DNA of 26,154 nt from a virus (lineage: Duplodnaviria > Caudoviricetes). How positions within the stretch are numbered: the stretch's first letter is position 1; each line of letters opens with the position of its first letter. The notes beneath the pieces are model-generated. The model saw only the letters and a list, made by a program, of their open reading frames with translations. It had not been told where the DNA came from and ran no database searches. Shown here piece after piece: positions 1 to 7,971 of this stretch. Position numbers and translations under genes: made by a program. The DNA lies in IMG/VR virus record IMGVR_UViG_3300036987_000516, positions 1 to 26,154 of that record; one strand, 5' to 3'.

Positions 1-72
1 TTTGACCGGCCCGCCGGGAACTACGATTATAATACGGTGGATCCGTTTGCGGATGAAGGGGGTACACAGTGA
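1..72 (+). CDS. 3' end of an upstream gene (partial), ...FDRPAGNYDYNTVDPFADEGGTQ*
   Basis: Frame 1 is open from base 1 to TGA at 70-72, overlapping the next GTG start (GTGA coupling). Product cannot be assigned. Confidence 0.5.
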   Translation, partial: FDRPAGNYDYNTVDPFADEGGTQ

Positions 73-797
73 GGAAAAACAAGGGATGCTACAATTGCGC
101 GTACGGAACGGTGAAAGGCAACGCCTATCCGTGCAAGACGTGTGCGGAAGGGACGCTTGACAGCCAAAGGTTCCTGCCGGAATGGGAACCGAGATGGTAC
201 CCGGCGCTGCTGGTTATCGCGAAGGTCTTTATGATACTGACTATCATTGCGTTCATCGCCGCGGTACTGTTTGCCTCCGCGCAGGTGGCTTTGGCGGCAG
301 TGCCGGAGGAAGAGGAGTCCGGCACGGAGCTGCGCACCATGACCGTGACCGTGGAGGATATCACGGCAGTGATGGAGCAGCTCTCCGGGATGGACGAGGA
401 GCTGGACATGCTGGCGCAGCTGGTATGGGCCGAGGCGCGCGGCGTGGGCAGCAGAGCGGAACAGGCGGCGGTGATCTGGTGCGCGCTCAACCGCGTGGAT
501 GCGGGATTCTCAGACGGCACCATATCGGGCGTCGTCCGGGCGCGGTCGCAGTTTGCGTGGGGAAAGCATCAGCCAGTTAAAGAGAAGTTCCGGGCGCTGG
601 CGCAGGACGTGGTCACCCGCTGGCTGCTCGAGAAGCGCGGCGTTGTGGGCGTGGGCAGGGTGCTGCCGGTCGATTACCTGTATTTCGCCGGTCGGAATGG
701 GCACAACTGGTTCCGGAAGGCGTATCGCAGCCGGAAATACTGGGACTGGTCGCTGCCGGATGTATACGCGGTGAATGAAGGAGAATCAGTGTCGTGA
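69..797 (+). CDS. Membrane-anchored SleB/CwlJ-family (Hydrolase_2) cell wall hydrolase with N-terminal Cys-rich segment
   Basis: Motif LAQLVWAEARG...AAVIWCALNRV...I.GVV....QF and C-terminal YLYF....GHNWF; hydrophobic stretch about aa 46-77; N-terminal CxxC...CxxC. Confidence 0.8.
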   Translation: MRKNKGCYNCAYGTVKGNAYPCKTCAEGTLDSQRFLPEWEPRWYPALLVIAKVFMILTIIAFIAAVLFASAQVALAAVPEEEESGTELRTMTVTVEDITAVMEQLSGMDEELDMLAQLVWAEARGVGSRAEQAAVIWCALNRVDAGFSDGTISGVVRARSQFAWGKHQPVKEKFRALAQDVVTRWLLEKRGVVGVGRVLPVDYLYFAGRNGHNWFRKAYRSRKYWDWSLPDVYAVNEGESVS

Positions 798-1033
798 GCT
801 ACGATAAAGTGATAGCCGAAAGAAAACTCGATGGCAGTGAGATGGACATAATCACATTACAGGAGCGCGAGCAGAGGCACCAGATTGATACGGGTTACCA
901 TGTGATGCCCGGTCATGAATATGTAGAGCTGAGAGATGCATATATCAAGATAATAGAAAACATTAAAAAGAAATCCCGGAGAGGGATCAAAGAAAAATGC
1001 TTGTTTTGTGGACAAGAAATCAAGGAGGACTGA
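794..1033 (+). CDS. Small AT-rich hypothetical protein with C-terminal CxxC (CLFC)
   Basis: GTGA overlap with the upstream gene, AAGGAG RBS, stop 3 nt before gam; visibly lower GC than neighbours. Confidence 0.65.
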   Translation: MSYDKVIAERKLDGSEMDIITLQEREQRHQIDTGYHVMPGHEYVELRDAYIKIIENIKKKSRRGIKEKCLFCGQEIKED

Positions 1034-1036
1034 ATT

Positions 1037-1555
1037 ATGGCAAGAGTACGAGTATTGGAAAAGTGCGAGTTGGCGAGCTGGGACGACGTGAACCTGACGC
1101 TCGCGGAGATTGGCGAGCAGCAGCGCGCCATCACGGAGATTGAGACGCAGATGCAGAAAAGCATCGATGACGCCAAGCTGGCGGCGGATATGGCGGCTGA
1201 TCCGCACATGAAGCGTATTGAGCGGCTGGAGAATCAGGTCAAGCTCTTTGTGGAGGACCACGCCCACGAGATGGGCGGCAAAAAGACCATGACGCTGACG
1301 TTCGGCCAGTGCGGGTACCGGAAGTCCACCAAGGTGACGCTGCCCAAAGCGGCGGCGAAGATCGCGGAGATCATCAAGGCGCTCAAGGCCCGCGGCATGG
1401 GCGACTGCGTGGTTGCGCCTCCGGAGAAGATCGACAAAGAGGCGCTGAAAAAGCACACGGCCAGCGACATCGTCGCCGCCGGTGCAGGCTTGAAGGTGGA
1501 AGACATCTTTTGGTATGAGGTCGACAAGGCGAAACTGGAGGCGCGCGCGGAATGA
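1037..1555 (+). CDS. gam: Mu Gam-like host-nuclease inhibitor (DNA end-binding protein)
   Basis: SWDDVN..L.EI, coiled coil, KKT..LTFG..GYRKST, EKIDKEALK, C-terminal EDIFWYE; AGGAGG RBS. Confidence 0.9.
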   Translation: MARVRVLEKCELASWDDVNLTLAEIGEQQRAITEIETQMQKSIDDAKLAADMAADPHMKRIERLENQVKLFVEDHAHEMGGKKTMTLTFGQCGYRKSTKVTLPKAAAKIAEIIKALKARGMGDCVVAPPEKIDKEALKKHTASDIVAAGAGLKVEDIFWYEVDKAKLEARAE

Positions 1556-1911
1556 CACCAAAGCAGGAGCGCGAGTGGGCGCAGGGCATCATGGAGCGCA
1601 TAAAGGACGATCGCTGGGGGGTCGAGGTCTGCGCGATGGGTGAATTTTTGGGCATCGTTAAAGGTCTGGCGAAAAGCGATAAGTACATTGATAAAGCTTA
1701 TGCACGAAGAATTGCCGGTACGTTTGAGAATGTCCTATGGCTAAGAGAATACCAGAAAGGCGAAATCACAAAAGAAGAGTTTTGGAAGCGGTTGGAGGAC
1801 AAAGGCCGGGCTGAGGCAGAAAAAAAGATTGACGCCTTTAATAAACGATTAGACCGGGAGCTCCATCCGCGGCGGAAGAAACGGAAAAAGCGAACTACGG
1901 CAGGGAGATAG
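1552..1911 (+). CDS. Hypothetical protein with very basic C-terminus
   Basis: ATGA overlap with gam, GGAGG RBS, fills the gap to gemA; ends RRKKRKKRTTAGR. Confidence 0.7.
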   Translation: MTPKQEREWAQGIMERIKDDRWGVEVCAMGEFLGIVKGLAKSDKYIDKAYARRIAGTFENVLWLREYQKGEITKEEFWKRLEDKGRAEAEKKIDAFNKRLDRELHPRRKKRKKRTTAGR

Positions 1912-1926
1912 TATTGGAGGTTCAAT

Positions 1927-2409
1927 ATGGGCGGAATTACAAAAGAACAGGTACGGAGCATCTACGCGCTGGGCAGCGCGGCGGGGATCCTCGAGTCCGG
2001 AAACAAGGATGATTCTCTCCACGCGCTGGTCCGCCGCGTCACCGGCAAGGATACGGTCAGCAGCCTGACGGCAGAAGAATATGAGAAGGTCAAGCATGAG
2101 CTGCTGCCGCTGCTGAAATACAGGAACCACAAGCCCGCCGTCCCGGCATACGCTCCGGGCATGATGAACAAGGCCCAGCAGTCGCTTGCATGGCGCTACA
2201 TCTACCGGCTGCGGGAGCTGGATCAGGATACGGACGCACATGCGGCCACCGTCGGCGAGCGCATGGTCGGCGCGATCAAAAAGGTGCTGGGCGTCGACGC
2301 GAAAGTCGAGAGCCCGTTCAAGTGGCTCTCGCAGGAGCAGGGCGGCGCGCTGATTGAGCAGCTCAAACGGTATGTGCGGTCGGCGGAGCGCAGGAAGGGG
2401 GTGCACTGA
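1927..2409 (+). CDS. gemA: Mu GemA/gp16 (DUF1018)-like regulatory protein
   Basis: Q.R.IYAL...GI, LV...TGK.TVSSLT..E, and C-terminal WL..EQG..LIEQLK; position directly upstream of mor as in Mu-like phages. Confidence 0.8.
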   Translation: MGGITKEQVRSIYALGSAAGILESGNKDDSLHALVRRVTGKDTVSSLTAEEYEKVKHELLPLLKYRNHKPAVPAYAPGMMNKAQQSLAWRYIYRLRELDQDTDAHAATVGERMVGAIKKVLGVDAKVESPFKWLSQEQGGALIEQLKRYVRSAERRKGVH

Positions 2410-2726
2410 TGGATCTATTAGATCAGCTGCAGCCGGAGCACCTTGACGGAGAGCAGCGCAAGCTGGCCGATGCGATCGGCATCGAGGCGTTCAAAACGCT
2501 GGTAAAGATGTACGCCGGGTGCGTGGTGTATATCCCCACTGTGGACAAACTGACGATAAAAGTGCGTGACAGCCAAATTAAAAGTGAGTATACTGGGTAT
2601 AATCAACGCGACCTTGCGATCAGATACGGGATATCGGAGCAGTGGGTGCGCGTCATCGTCGGCGCGGCCATGCCGCCGATCGAAGGGCAGGTCAGCCTGT
2701 TCGACGACACGTCAGCGGCGGTTTAA
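2409..2726 (+). CDS. mor: Mor/C-family transcription activator
   Basis: LADAIG.EAF..LVK.Y.G..VYIP then RD..I..EY.G.N..DLA.RYGISEQWVR.IV (C-terminal HTH), typical of the Mor family. Confidence 0.92.
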   Translation: MDLLDQLQPEHLDGEQRKLADAIGIEAFKTLVKMYAGCVVYIPTVDKLTIKVRDSQIKSEYTGYNQRDLAIRYGISEQWVRVIVGAAMPPIEGQVSLFDDTSAAV

Positions 2727-2762
2727 ACCAGTTTTAAAAGTAGTATTGTAAAGAAACCCGCA

Positions 2763-2803
2763 AAAGCAGTTTGCTTTATGGTCAAGCACCCCTATGGTAA
2801 GGT
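2763..2803 (+). promoter_or_regulatory. Putative Mor-activated late promoter (dyad plus extended -10)
   Basis: Perfect dyad AAAGCA-GTT-TGCTTT (2763-2777) centred about 28 nt upstream of TG-G-TAAGGT (2795-2803); no good -35 box. Confidence 0.55.
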
Positions 2804-2835
2804 TTTAGTGTCAAGCTAAGACCTTATTTTTTTTT
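2798..2835 (+). terminator. Intrinsic terminator of the middle operon, overlapping the putative late promoter
   Basis: Stem TAAGGTTTTAG / CTAAGACCTTA (one G-U), loop TGTCAAG, followed by 9 T. Confidence 0.8.
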
Positions 2836-2849
2836 ACGGGCGGTGTCGG

Positions 2850-3152
2850 ATGGGAACTGGCGTGATCGTAACAATCGTATTGGCGGGAATCACACTCGTC
2901 GCGGGTATCATCGGTTTTTTTCTTAAAAAGTCGTTTAACAAGGTTGATCAACTGGATCAGGACAAGGCGTCCAAAGCCGAGTTTTGCGAACTGGAGAAAA
3001 AGGTGGCCGTTCACGAGAAAACTATCGGGGAGATCAAAACCAACTATCTGACCAAAGAGGATTTTTTCCGCGAGCAGGCAAAGACAGACCGAATGCTTTC
3101 AAGAATATATGACGTTCTGTTGGAGATTAAAGGAGGCGGCAAGCATGGATGA
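2850..3152 (+). CDS. Single-pass membrane coiled-coil protein in the position of Mu gp25 (DUF2730-like)
   Basis: N-terminal hydrophobic helix (aa 5-25) then heptad-rich cytoplasmic part; upstream of gp26/gp27-like genes. Confidence 0.7.
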   Translation: MGTGVIVTIVLAGITLVAGIIGFFLKKSFNKVDQLDQDKASKAEFCELEKKVAVHEKTIGEIKTNYLTKEDFFREQAKTDRMLSRIYDVLLEIKGGGKHG

Positions 3153-3489
3153 GCGCGACGAACTGAAGAAACGTATCCGTGCCGGTAATTTCGTAATTAA
3201 CACTGGCCGCGTCATGCGTGCGATTAATGTCCTCCGGCATGAATATCACCCGCTGAAAGGCATCCAATATGCTCTTGAAGTCGAAATGGCCGAGGATGAA
3301 TTTTTGGATGCAATAAACTTCCTGCACGAGGCCGGATATATTCATCTGCGAAACATTGAAACAAAAGAGATGGCGGTTGCCGGGCTGGCGGATACGGATT
3401 ACCGACAACTCGCGGCAAAACTCACCGACAAGGGAATTCGCTTAACCGCTCCCAATAGCGGCCTCAAAGATCCTCTGGTCAAGGTTTAG
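3145..3489 (+). CDS. Mu gp26-like small winged-helix-type protein
   Basis: ATG 3145 after AAGGAGG; AINFLHEAGYI and AKLTDKGI motifs; synteny before DUF3486. Confidence 0.7.
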   Translation: MDERDELKKRIRAGNFVINTGRVMRAINVLRHEYHPLKGIQYALEVEMAEDEFLDAINFLHEAGYIHLRNIETKEMAVAGLADTDYRQLAAKLTDKGIRLTAPNSGLKDPLVKV

Positions 3490-3501
3490 GGGGTGTGACG
3501 T

Positions 3502-4041
3502 ATGGCAAGGCGCAAGCACTCCAAGATAGACGGTCTGCCAGCGGAGCTGAAGGACACCGTCGAGCAGATGATGCAGACCGACTTCACCTATGCGGATATC
3601 GCCGATTTCATCAAGCAGCAGGGCCACGACATATCGATCACGTCGGTGTGGCGGCACGCGAGCAATCTGGATAAGACGCTCAAAGAGCTGCGGATGGTGC
3701 AGGAAAATTTCCGCGTGGTGATGGACGAGATAAACCGGTACCCGCAGTTGGATCCCACGGAAGCCATTGCCCGGCTGCTCTCCCATCAGGTGCTCATGGC
3801 AATACAAAAGACTAAGCCGGAACAGTACGCAAACATGGACATCGACAAGCTTTTGCGCGAATCCGCAGGGCTGATCCGGGCGGTGTCGTTCAAGAAACGG
3901 GCGGATATGCAGAACAAGGGCGCGCTTGACGCAGGTCTCGAACAGGTCAAGGTGCTGGTATTCGAGGCGATGTCCAAGGAACGGCCTGACCTGTATGCGG
4001 CGGTCAGCAAGTACCTGGCCGAGAAGGGCGGCGCGGCATGA
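3502..4041 (+). CDS. DUF3486 / Mu gp27-like protein (probable small terminase subunit)
   Basis: N-terminus RRKHSKIDGLPAELK..VEQM....FTY.DI..FI..QG..IS.TSV.RH characteristic of DUF3486. Confidence 0.85.
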   Translation: MARRKHSKIDGLPAELKDTVEQMMQTDFTYADIADFIKQQGHDISITSVWRHASNLDKTLKELRMVQENFRVVMDEINRYPQLDPTEAIARLLSHQVLMAIQKTKPEQYANMDIDKLLRESAGLIRAVSFKKRADMQNKGALDAGLEQVKVLVFEAMSKERPDLYAAVSKYLAEKGGAA

Positions 4042-4544
4042 TCTATGTGGTGCACGTGCAGAGCGGCAAGGAGATGGCCGTGCGCGACGAGCTGCGGCGC
4101 AGCTGCTACCGCGCCATGGTGCCTCGGGAAAATGCGCTGGAGCGCGTGGACGGCAGGCTTCGCCAGCGCGAGCGGACACTGTTTACAGGCTATGTCTTTG
4201 TGGATATGGCCATGGACTTAAAGTCTTACTATAAGATACGCAACAACCCGCATGTGATTCGCTTTCTGGGCGGCAAGCAGCCGATTGAGCTGACCGCGGC
4301 GGAAGCTCGGTACATTGAATGGCTGGCAGGCGGCGGAAAGCCGCTGCAACCCTCCGAACTTGATAAAGACGGCGCGGTGATGACCGGCCCGCTGAAAGGC
4401 CACGAGCAATCCGTCGTCAGCGTAAATAAGCGCGCGAAACGCGCGAAGGTGAGGATCACTCTGGCGGGCGAGCCTCACGAGATCAGCCTGTCTGTAGTGA
4501 CCGCCGCCGGAGATAGCGACGGTGACGCTGACGGGGACCGTTAA
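4038..4544 (+). CDS. nusG: NusG-family transcription antiterminator (LoaP/UpxY-like paralog; NGN + KOW domains)
   Basis: YVVHVQSGKE, LFTGYVFVDM, VIRFLG...P..L...E (NGN); GPLKGHE..V..VNKRAKRAKVRI (KOW with basic patch). ATGA overlap with the upstream gene. Confidence 0.92.
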   Translation: MIYVVHVQSGKEMAVRDELRRSCYRAMVPRENALERVDGRLRQRERTLFTGYVFVDMAMDLKSYYKIRNNPHVIRFLGGKQPIELTAAEARYIEWLAGGGKPLQPSELDKDGAVMTGPLKGHEQSVVSVNKRAKRAKVRITLAGEPHEISLSVVTAAGDSDGDADGDR

Positions 4545-4585
4545 AATAACAAGGCTTGCGCCATAGATACACCTCCAAAACCGGT

Positions 4586-4664
4586 CCGATCGGCGGGGTT
4601 GATTCGTCCCCCGCCGGGCAGGATCGGCGTCATAAAGACAAAAAAACGGGTAAAAAGCTGCCCG
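4586..4664 (+). ncRNA. Candidate cis-acting antitermination RNA: bulged UUCG hairpin plus a second hairpin
   Basis: CGGCGGGG(4591-4598)-TT-GA-TTCG-TC-CCCCGCCG(4609-4616); flanking CCGATC/GATCGG; second stem CGGGTA/TGCCCG at 4647-4664. Non-coding gap between nusG and terL. Confidence 0.55.
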
Positions 4665-4671
4665 GATGTCC

Positions 4672-4703
4672 GACCTCACCCATTTTTGAGGTCTGTTTGT
4701 TTT
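4672..4703 (+). terminator. Intrinsic terminator between nusG and terL
   Basis: Perfect 7-bp stem GACCTCA / TGAGGTC, 8-nt loop, then TGTTTGTTTT. Confidence 0.7.
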
Positions 4704-4707
4704 AAAA

Positions 4708-4744
4708 GTATTCAACAGCGTTCGTCAGGTATTAAAGAGCGTTC
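4708..4744. repeat. Imperfect 16-bp direct repeat with 21-bp spacing
   Basis: GTATTCAACAGCGTTC (4708-4723) and GTATTAAAGAGCGTTC (4729-4744), 14/16 identical. Confidence 0.7.
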
Positions 4745-4839
4745 AAAAAGCCGGATGAGTGGGTACGGGCGCTTGGCAGGGTCGGGAGCACAGAACGCCT
4801 CACAGGGCGTCAAAAATATCAAAAAAGGAGGCTGCCTCC

Positions 4840-6576
4840 GTGAACGAGATCAAAAAGCACAGCATACAGGTTCTCGCCGACGCGGTTGCGGAGGCAGCCA
4901 TTAAAAACAGCGAGCAAATCAAGACCGATTTTAACGCTATTAAAACACTTTTAGAAGAGTGTTTAACGGTGGACGATGATCCCCGCCGCGCTGGGCTGCT
5001 GGAGCAGCTTCGGGCTGGCGCGAAGCTGACCGGCCCCGGCGGGCTGCGCAAAAGGCTCGCGGCGTTCGACCTGAACTATTTCGGGCGGGCGTACCTGCCC
5101 CACTATTTCAGCCGCCCGTCGCCGCCGTTCCACCGGGAACTGGACGCGCTCTTTGCCGAGGGCGTGATGAAGGGGCTGAATCCGCTGGACGACAGAAAGG
5201 CGATCAACCAGCGGCAGGGCTGCCGCCGGGCGACCGCCGCGCCGCGCGGCCACGCCAAGTCCACCAACTTCACGTTCAAGGACGGCCTGCACGCGACGCT
5301 GTATGAGTACAAGCACTACATCATCCTGATGTCCGATACGTACGGGCAGGCGGCGGGGTTCCTCTCCGCCTACGCTGAGGAGCTGGAGGAAAACGAAGCG
5401 ATCCGCGAGGACTTCGGGGAGCTGCGCGGCGGCGTCTGGCGCGAGGACGTGATCGTCACCAAAACCAACATTAAGGTGCAGGCGCTGGGCGCCGGGCAGA
5501 AAGTCCGCGGCCTCAAGCATAAGCAATGGCGTCCCGATCTGTTCATCCTCGACGACATGGAGAACGACGTCAACGTCCAGACGCCCGAACAGCGCAAGAA
5601 GCTGCTGGACTGGTTCACCAAGGCCGTGCTGAAGGCCGGAGACAGCTACACGGATTTTGTGTACATCGGCACCATGCTGCACTACGACGGCCTGCTTGCG
5701 AAGATCCTCAAGAATCCGGGATTCAAAGGCAGAAAATATCAGGCTGTGCTTTCCTTCTCCAGCTCCCCGCTTTGGGACGAGTGGGAGAAGATCTATATCA
5801 ACCTCGACAACGACAACCACGAAGCGGACGCGCTGGCGTTCTTCGAGGCCCGCCGCGAGGAGATGCTCTCCGGCACGCGGGTGCTGTGGGAGGAAAAGAA
5901 CAGCTACTACGATCTGATGCGGGAGCGCATCGACGGCGGCATATCGGCGTTCAACAGCGAGCTGCAGAACGAGCCGATCAATCCGGACGACTGCCTGTTC
6001 AACGAAGAGTGGTTCGATTACTACAACCCGTACGAGATCGATTTCCGCGACACCAAGTGGGATTTCTTCGGCTTTGTGGATCCGTCGCTGGGCAAGACCA
6101 AAAAGAGCGACTTCTCGGCGATCATCACGCTGGCGCTGGACAAAAAGACCGGGTACATGCTGGTGGCCGACGCGGACATCGAACGGCGGCACCCGGATAA
6201 GATCATCACCGACGTACTCGAGAAAGCGCGGTGGATCCAGAAGTCGTTCAATAAGCGGTACCGCAAGTTCGGCGCCGAAACCAACCAGTTCCAGTGGTTC
6301 CTGAAGGAACAGCTGGCCAAGGCCAGCGCCGCGGCGCGGGTGTACCTTCCCATCGTGGAGGTCAACCAGACATCGGACAAGACGCTGCGCATCCAGACGC
6401 TGCAGCCGGACGTGAAGAACAAGTACATCAAATTCAACCGGGACCACAAGCGGCTGCTCGAACAGCTCAAGTTCTTTCCGCTGGGCGACCACGACGACGG
6501 CCCCGACGCCCTCGAGGGCGCGCGAAGCCTCGCGACGCGCCGCGGCAGCGCCGGGTTTGTGGACGTAGTGATGTAA
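4840..6576 (+). CDS. terL: Terminase large subunit
   Basis: Walker A APRGHAKST, Walker B LFILDD.END, YIGT, nuclease FVDPSLG and HDDGPDALEG. Start set at GTG 4840 after AAGGAGG. Confidence 0.95.
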   Translation: MNEIKKHSIQVLADAVAEAAIKNSEQIKTDFNAIKTLLEECLTVDDDPRRAGLLEQLRAGAKLTGPGGLRKRLAAFDLNYFGRAYLPHYFSRPSPPFHRELDALFAEGVMKGLNPLDDRKAINQRQGCRRATAAPRGHAKSTNFTFKDGLHATLYEYKHYIILMSDTYGQAAGFLSAYAEELEENEAIREDFGELRGGVWREDVIVTKTNIKVQALGAGQKVRGLKHKQWRPDLFILDDMENDVNVQTPEQRKKLLDWFTKAVLKAGDSYTDFVYIGTMLHYDGLLAKILKNPGFKGRKYQAVLSFSSSPLWDEWEKIYINLDNDNHEADALAFFEARREEMLSGTRVLWEEKNSYYDLMRERIDGGISAFNSELQNEPINPDDCLFNEEWFDYYNPYEIDFRDTKWDFFGFVDPSLGKTKKSDFSAIITLALDKKTGYMLVADADIERRHPDKIITDVLEKARWIQKSFNKRYRKFGAETNQFQWFLKEQLAKASAAARVYLPIVEVNQTSDKTLRIQTLQPDVKNKYIKFNRDHKRLLEQLKFFPLGDHDDGPDALEGARSLATRRGSAGFVDVVM

Positions 6577-6585
6577 GGAGGTCAT

Positions 6586-7971
6586 ATGCTGACGAATCTG
6601 AACTGGCTGGCCGAAGGCAAACCGTGGCCTCCCATGAGCGAGAAGCCGCGGATCGAGCGGTACAGGGAGCATGAGCGGCTGTTCCTGACCGAGCACGATG
6701 CGGTATGGAAAAAACGGTTTCAGGCGCTGGCCGACCAGTACAAAAAGAAAAACGGCAGGGTCAAAACGATCATCAACTACCATCAGCTGCTTTCCAAGAA
6801 GACGGCGGATTTTGTGTGCGGTGCGTCCCCGCAGATCGAAACGGAGGGCGACACCGACAAGCTCATGGAGCTGCTGAGCGAAGTGAACTTTTTCGGCATG
6901 CTTTATGAAAACATGATCGATGTCAGCCGGTACGGCACCGGGCTGGTGAAGTTTGTGGGCAAGGAGATCACGGAAGCCAACCCGCAGCACTGGATCCCGA
7001 TCGTGGATCCCGGCAACTTAAAGCGCGTCCTGATGGATGTGATCGCGTACCCGACCGACACCGACGGGGACGGCAAGCCCACTGCGCTGTACGCGGAGAT
7101 CCACACGCCGGGCCGGGTGGAGATCCGGCAGTATCAGTACCACGCGGACAGCGCCACGATCGGCGCACTGGCCGGTACGCCGACGGTTCAATCGACCGGG
7201 CTTGATATTTCGGCGGTGCAGCGGCTGACGAACCTGACGCACAGCGGCAGCGTGTTCGGCCTCGACGATTACAATATCGTCAACAGCATCATTTTCGAGA
7301 TCATGTGGCGGCTGCACTGCGCGGATACGATCCTTGACAAGCACAGCGAGCCGAGCATGTCCGGCCCAAAGTCCGCGCTGGAATGGGACGAGAAGCTGAA
7401 AGTCTATTATGTGCCGCTGGGCAACTACTTCCAGCGCGAAAGCAAGGAAGATCCGGATTTCGGATACGTCACGTGGGACGGCAATTTAGAGTCCAACTTT
7501 AAGGAGCTGGAGCTGCTGCTCGATCAGCTCTACATCCTCACCGAGATGGGTCAGGCTTTTGCCGACGCGGGCGGCGACGCCGGGGATTCCTCCGGCACCG
7601 CGCTGAAGCTGCGCATGGTGTCCCCGCGGATCAAGGCGCAGCGCCTCGTCAGCCTCAACGACGCGGCGGTGAAGCGGATCATATACCACCTCGCCAAGCT
7701 CAACGGCATCGCCATCGACAGCAAGACGCTGACGATCCACTGGTCGGACGGCCTGCCGGTCGACGAGCGTGAGCAGCTCGAAACACTGAGCGCGGCGACC
7801 GGAGGCAAGCCGGTGATGAGCCAGTACACGGCGCTTAAAAAGCGCGGCCTGACCGACGAAGAAGTCAAGAAGGAACAGCAGCAGATCCGCGACGAGGATG
7901 CGGCCACGGCGCCAGTGGTTCCGATTGACCGCACTGGCCTCGGCGATGAAGGCGCAGGCGATGAAGAATGA
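6586..7971 (+). CDS. Portal protein, SPP1 gp6-like
   Basis: 461 aa right after terL; IINYH.L.SKKTADFV.G, DVSRYG.G, SSGTALKL, I.WSDGLPVD, EV.KE...I..E; AGGAGG RBS. Confidence 0.9.
   Translation: MLTNLNWLAEGKPWPPMSEKPRIERYREHERLFLTEHDAVWKKRFQALADQYKKKNGRVKTIINYHQLLSKKTADFVCGASPQIETEGDTDKLMELLSEVNFFGMLYENMIDVSRYGTGLVKFVGKEITEANPQHWIPIVDPGNLKRVLMDVIAYPTDTDGDGKPTALYAEIHTPGRVEIRQYQYHADSATIGALAGTPTVQSTGLDISAVQRLTNLTHSGSVFGLDDYNIVNSIIFEIMWRLHCADTILDKHSEPSMSGPKSALEWDEKLKVYYVPLGNYFQRESKEDPDFGYVTWDGNLESNFKELELLLDQLYILTEMGQAFADAGGDAGDSSGTALKLRMVSPRIKAQRLVSLNDAAVKRIIYHLAKLNGIAIDSKTLTIHWSDGLPVDEREQLETLSAATGGKPVMSQYTALKKRGLTDEEVKKEQQQIRDEDAATAPVVPIDRTGLGDEGAGDEE

Noticed and set aside
1-72. Single-stranded DNA-binding protein call from the acidic DPF-containing tail
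   Set aside because: Only 23 residues are visible and the PF is not terminal; insufficient for a product call.
4038-4544. Housekeeping host nusG
   Set aside because: No secE/rplK context, translationally coupled to a phage gene, and divergent with a paralog-type basic KOW motif.
4599-4904. 101-aa plus-strand ORF between nusG and terL, and the 4759 start for terL
   Set aside because: No convincing RBS; the region holds hairpins and a terminator; the AAGGAGG points to GTG 4840.
4963-6990. 675-aa minus-strand ORF, and similar long antisense ORFs (7551-8702, 10532-11608, 15559-16704, 17533-18264)
   Set aside because: They shadow well-supported plus-strand phage genes; GC-rich codon bias suppresses antisense stops, and they have no recognisable motifs.
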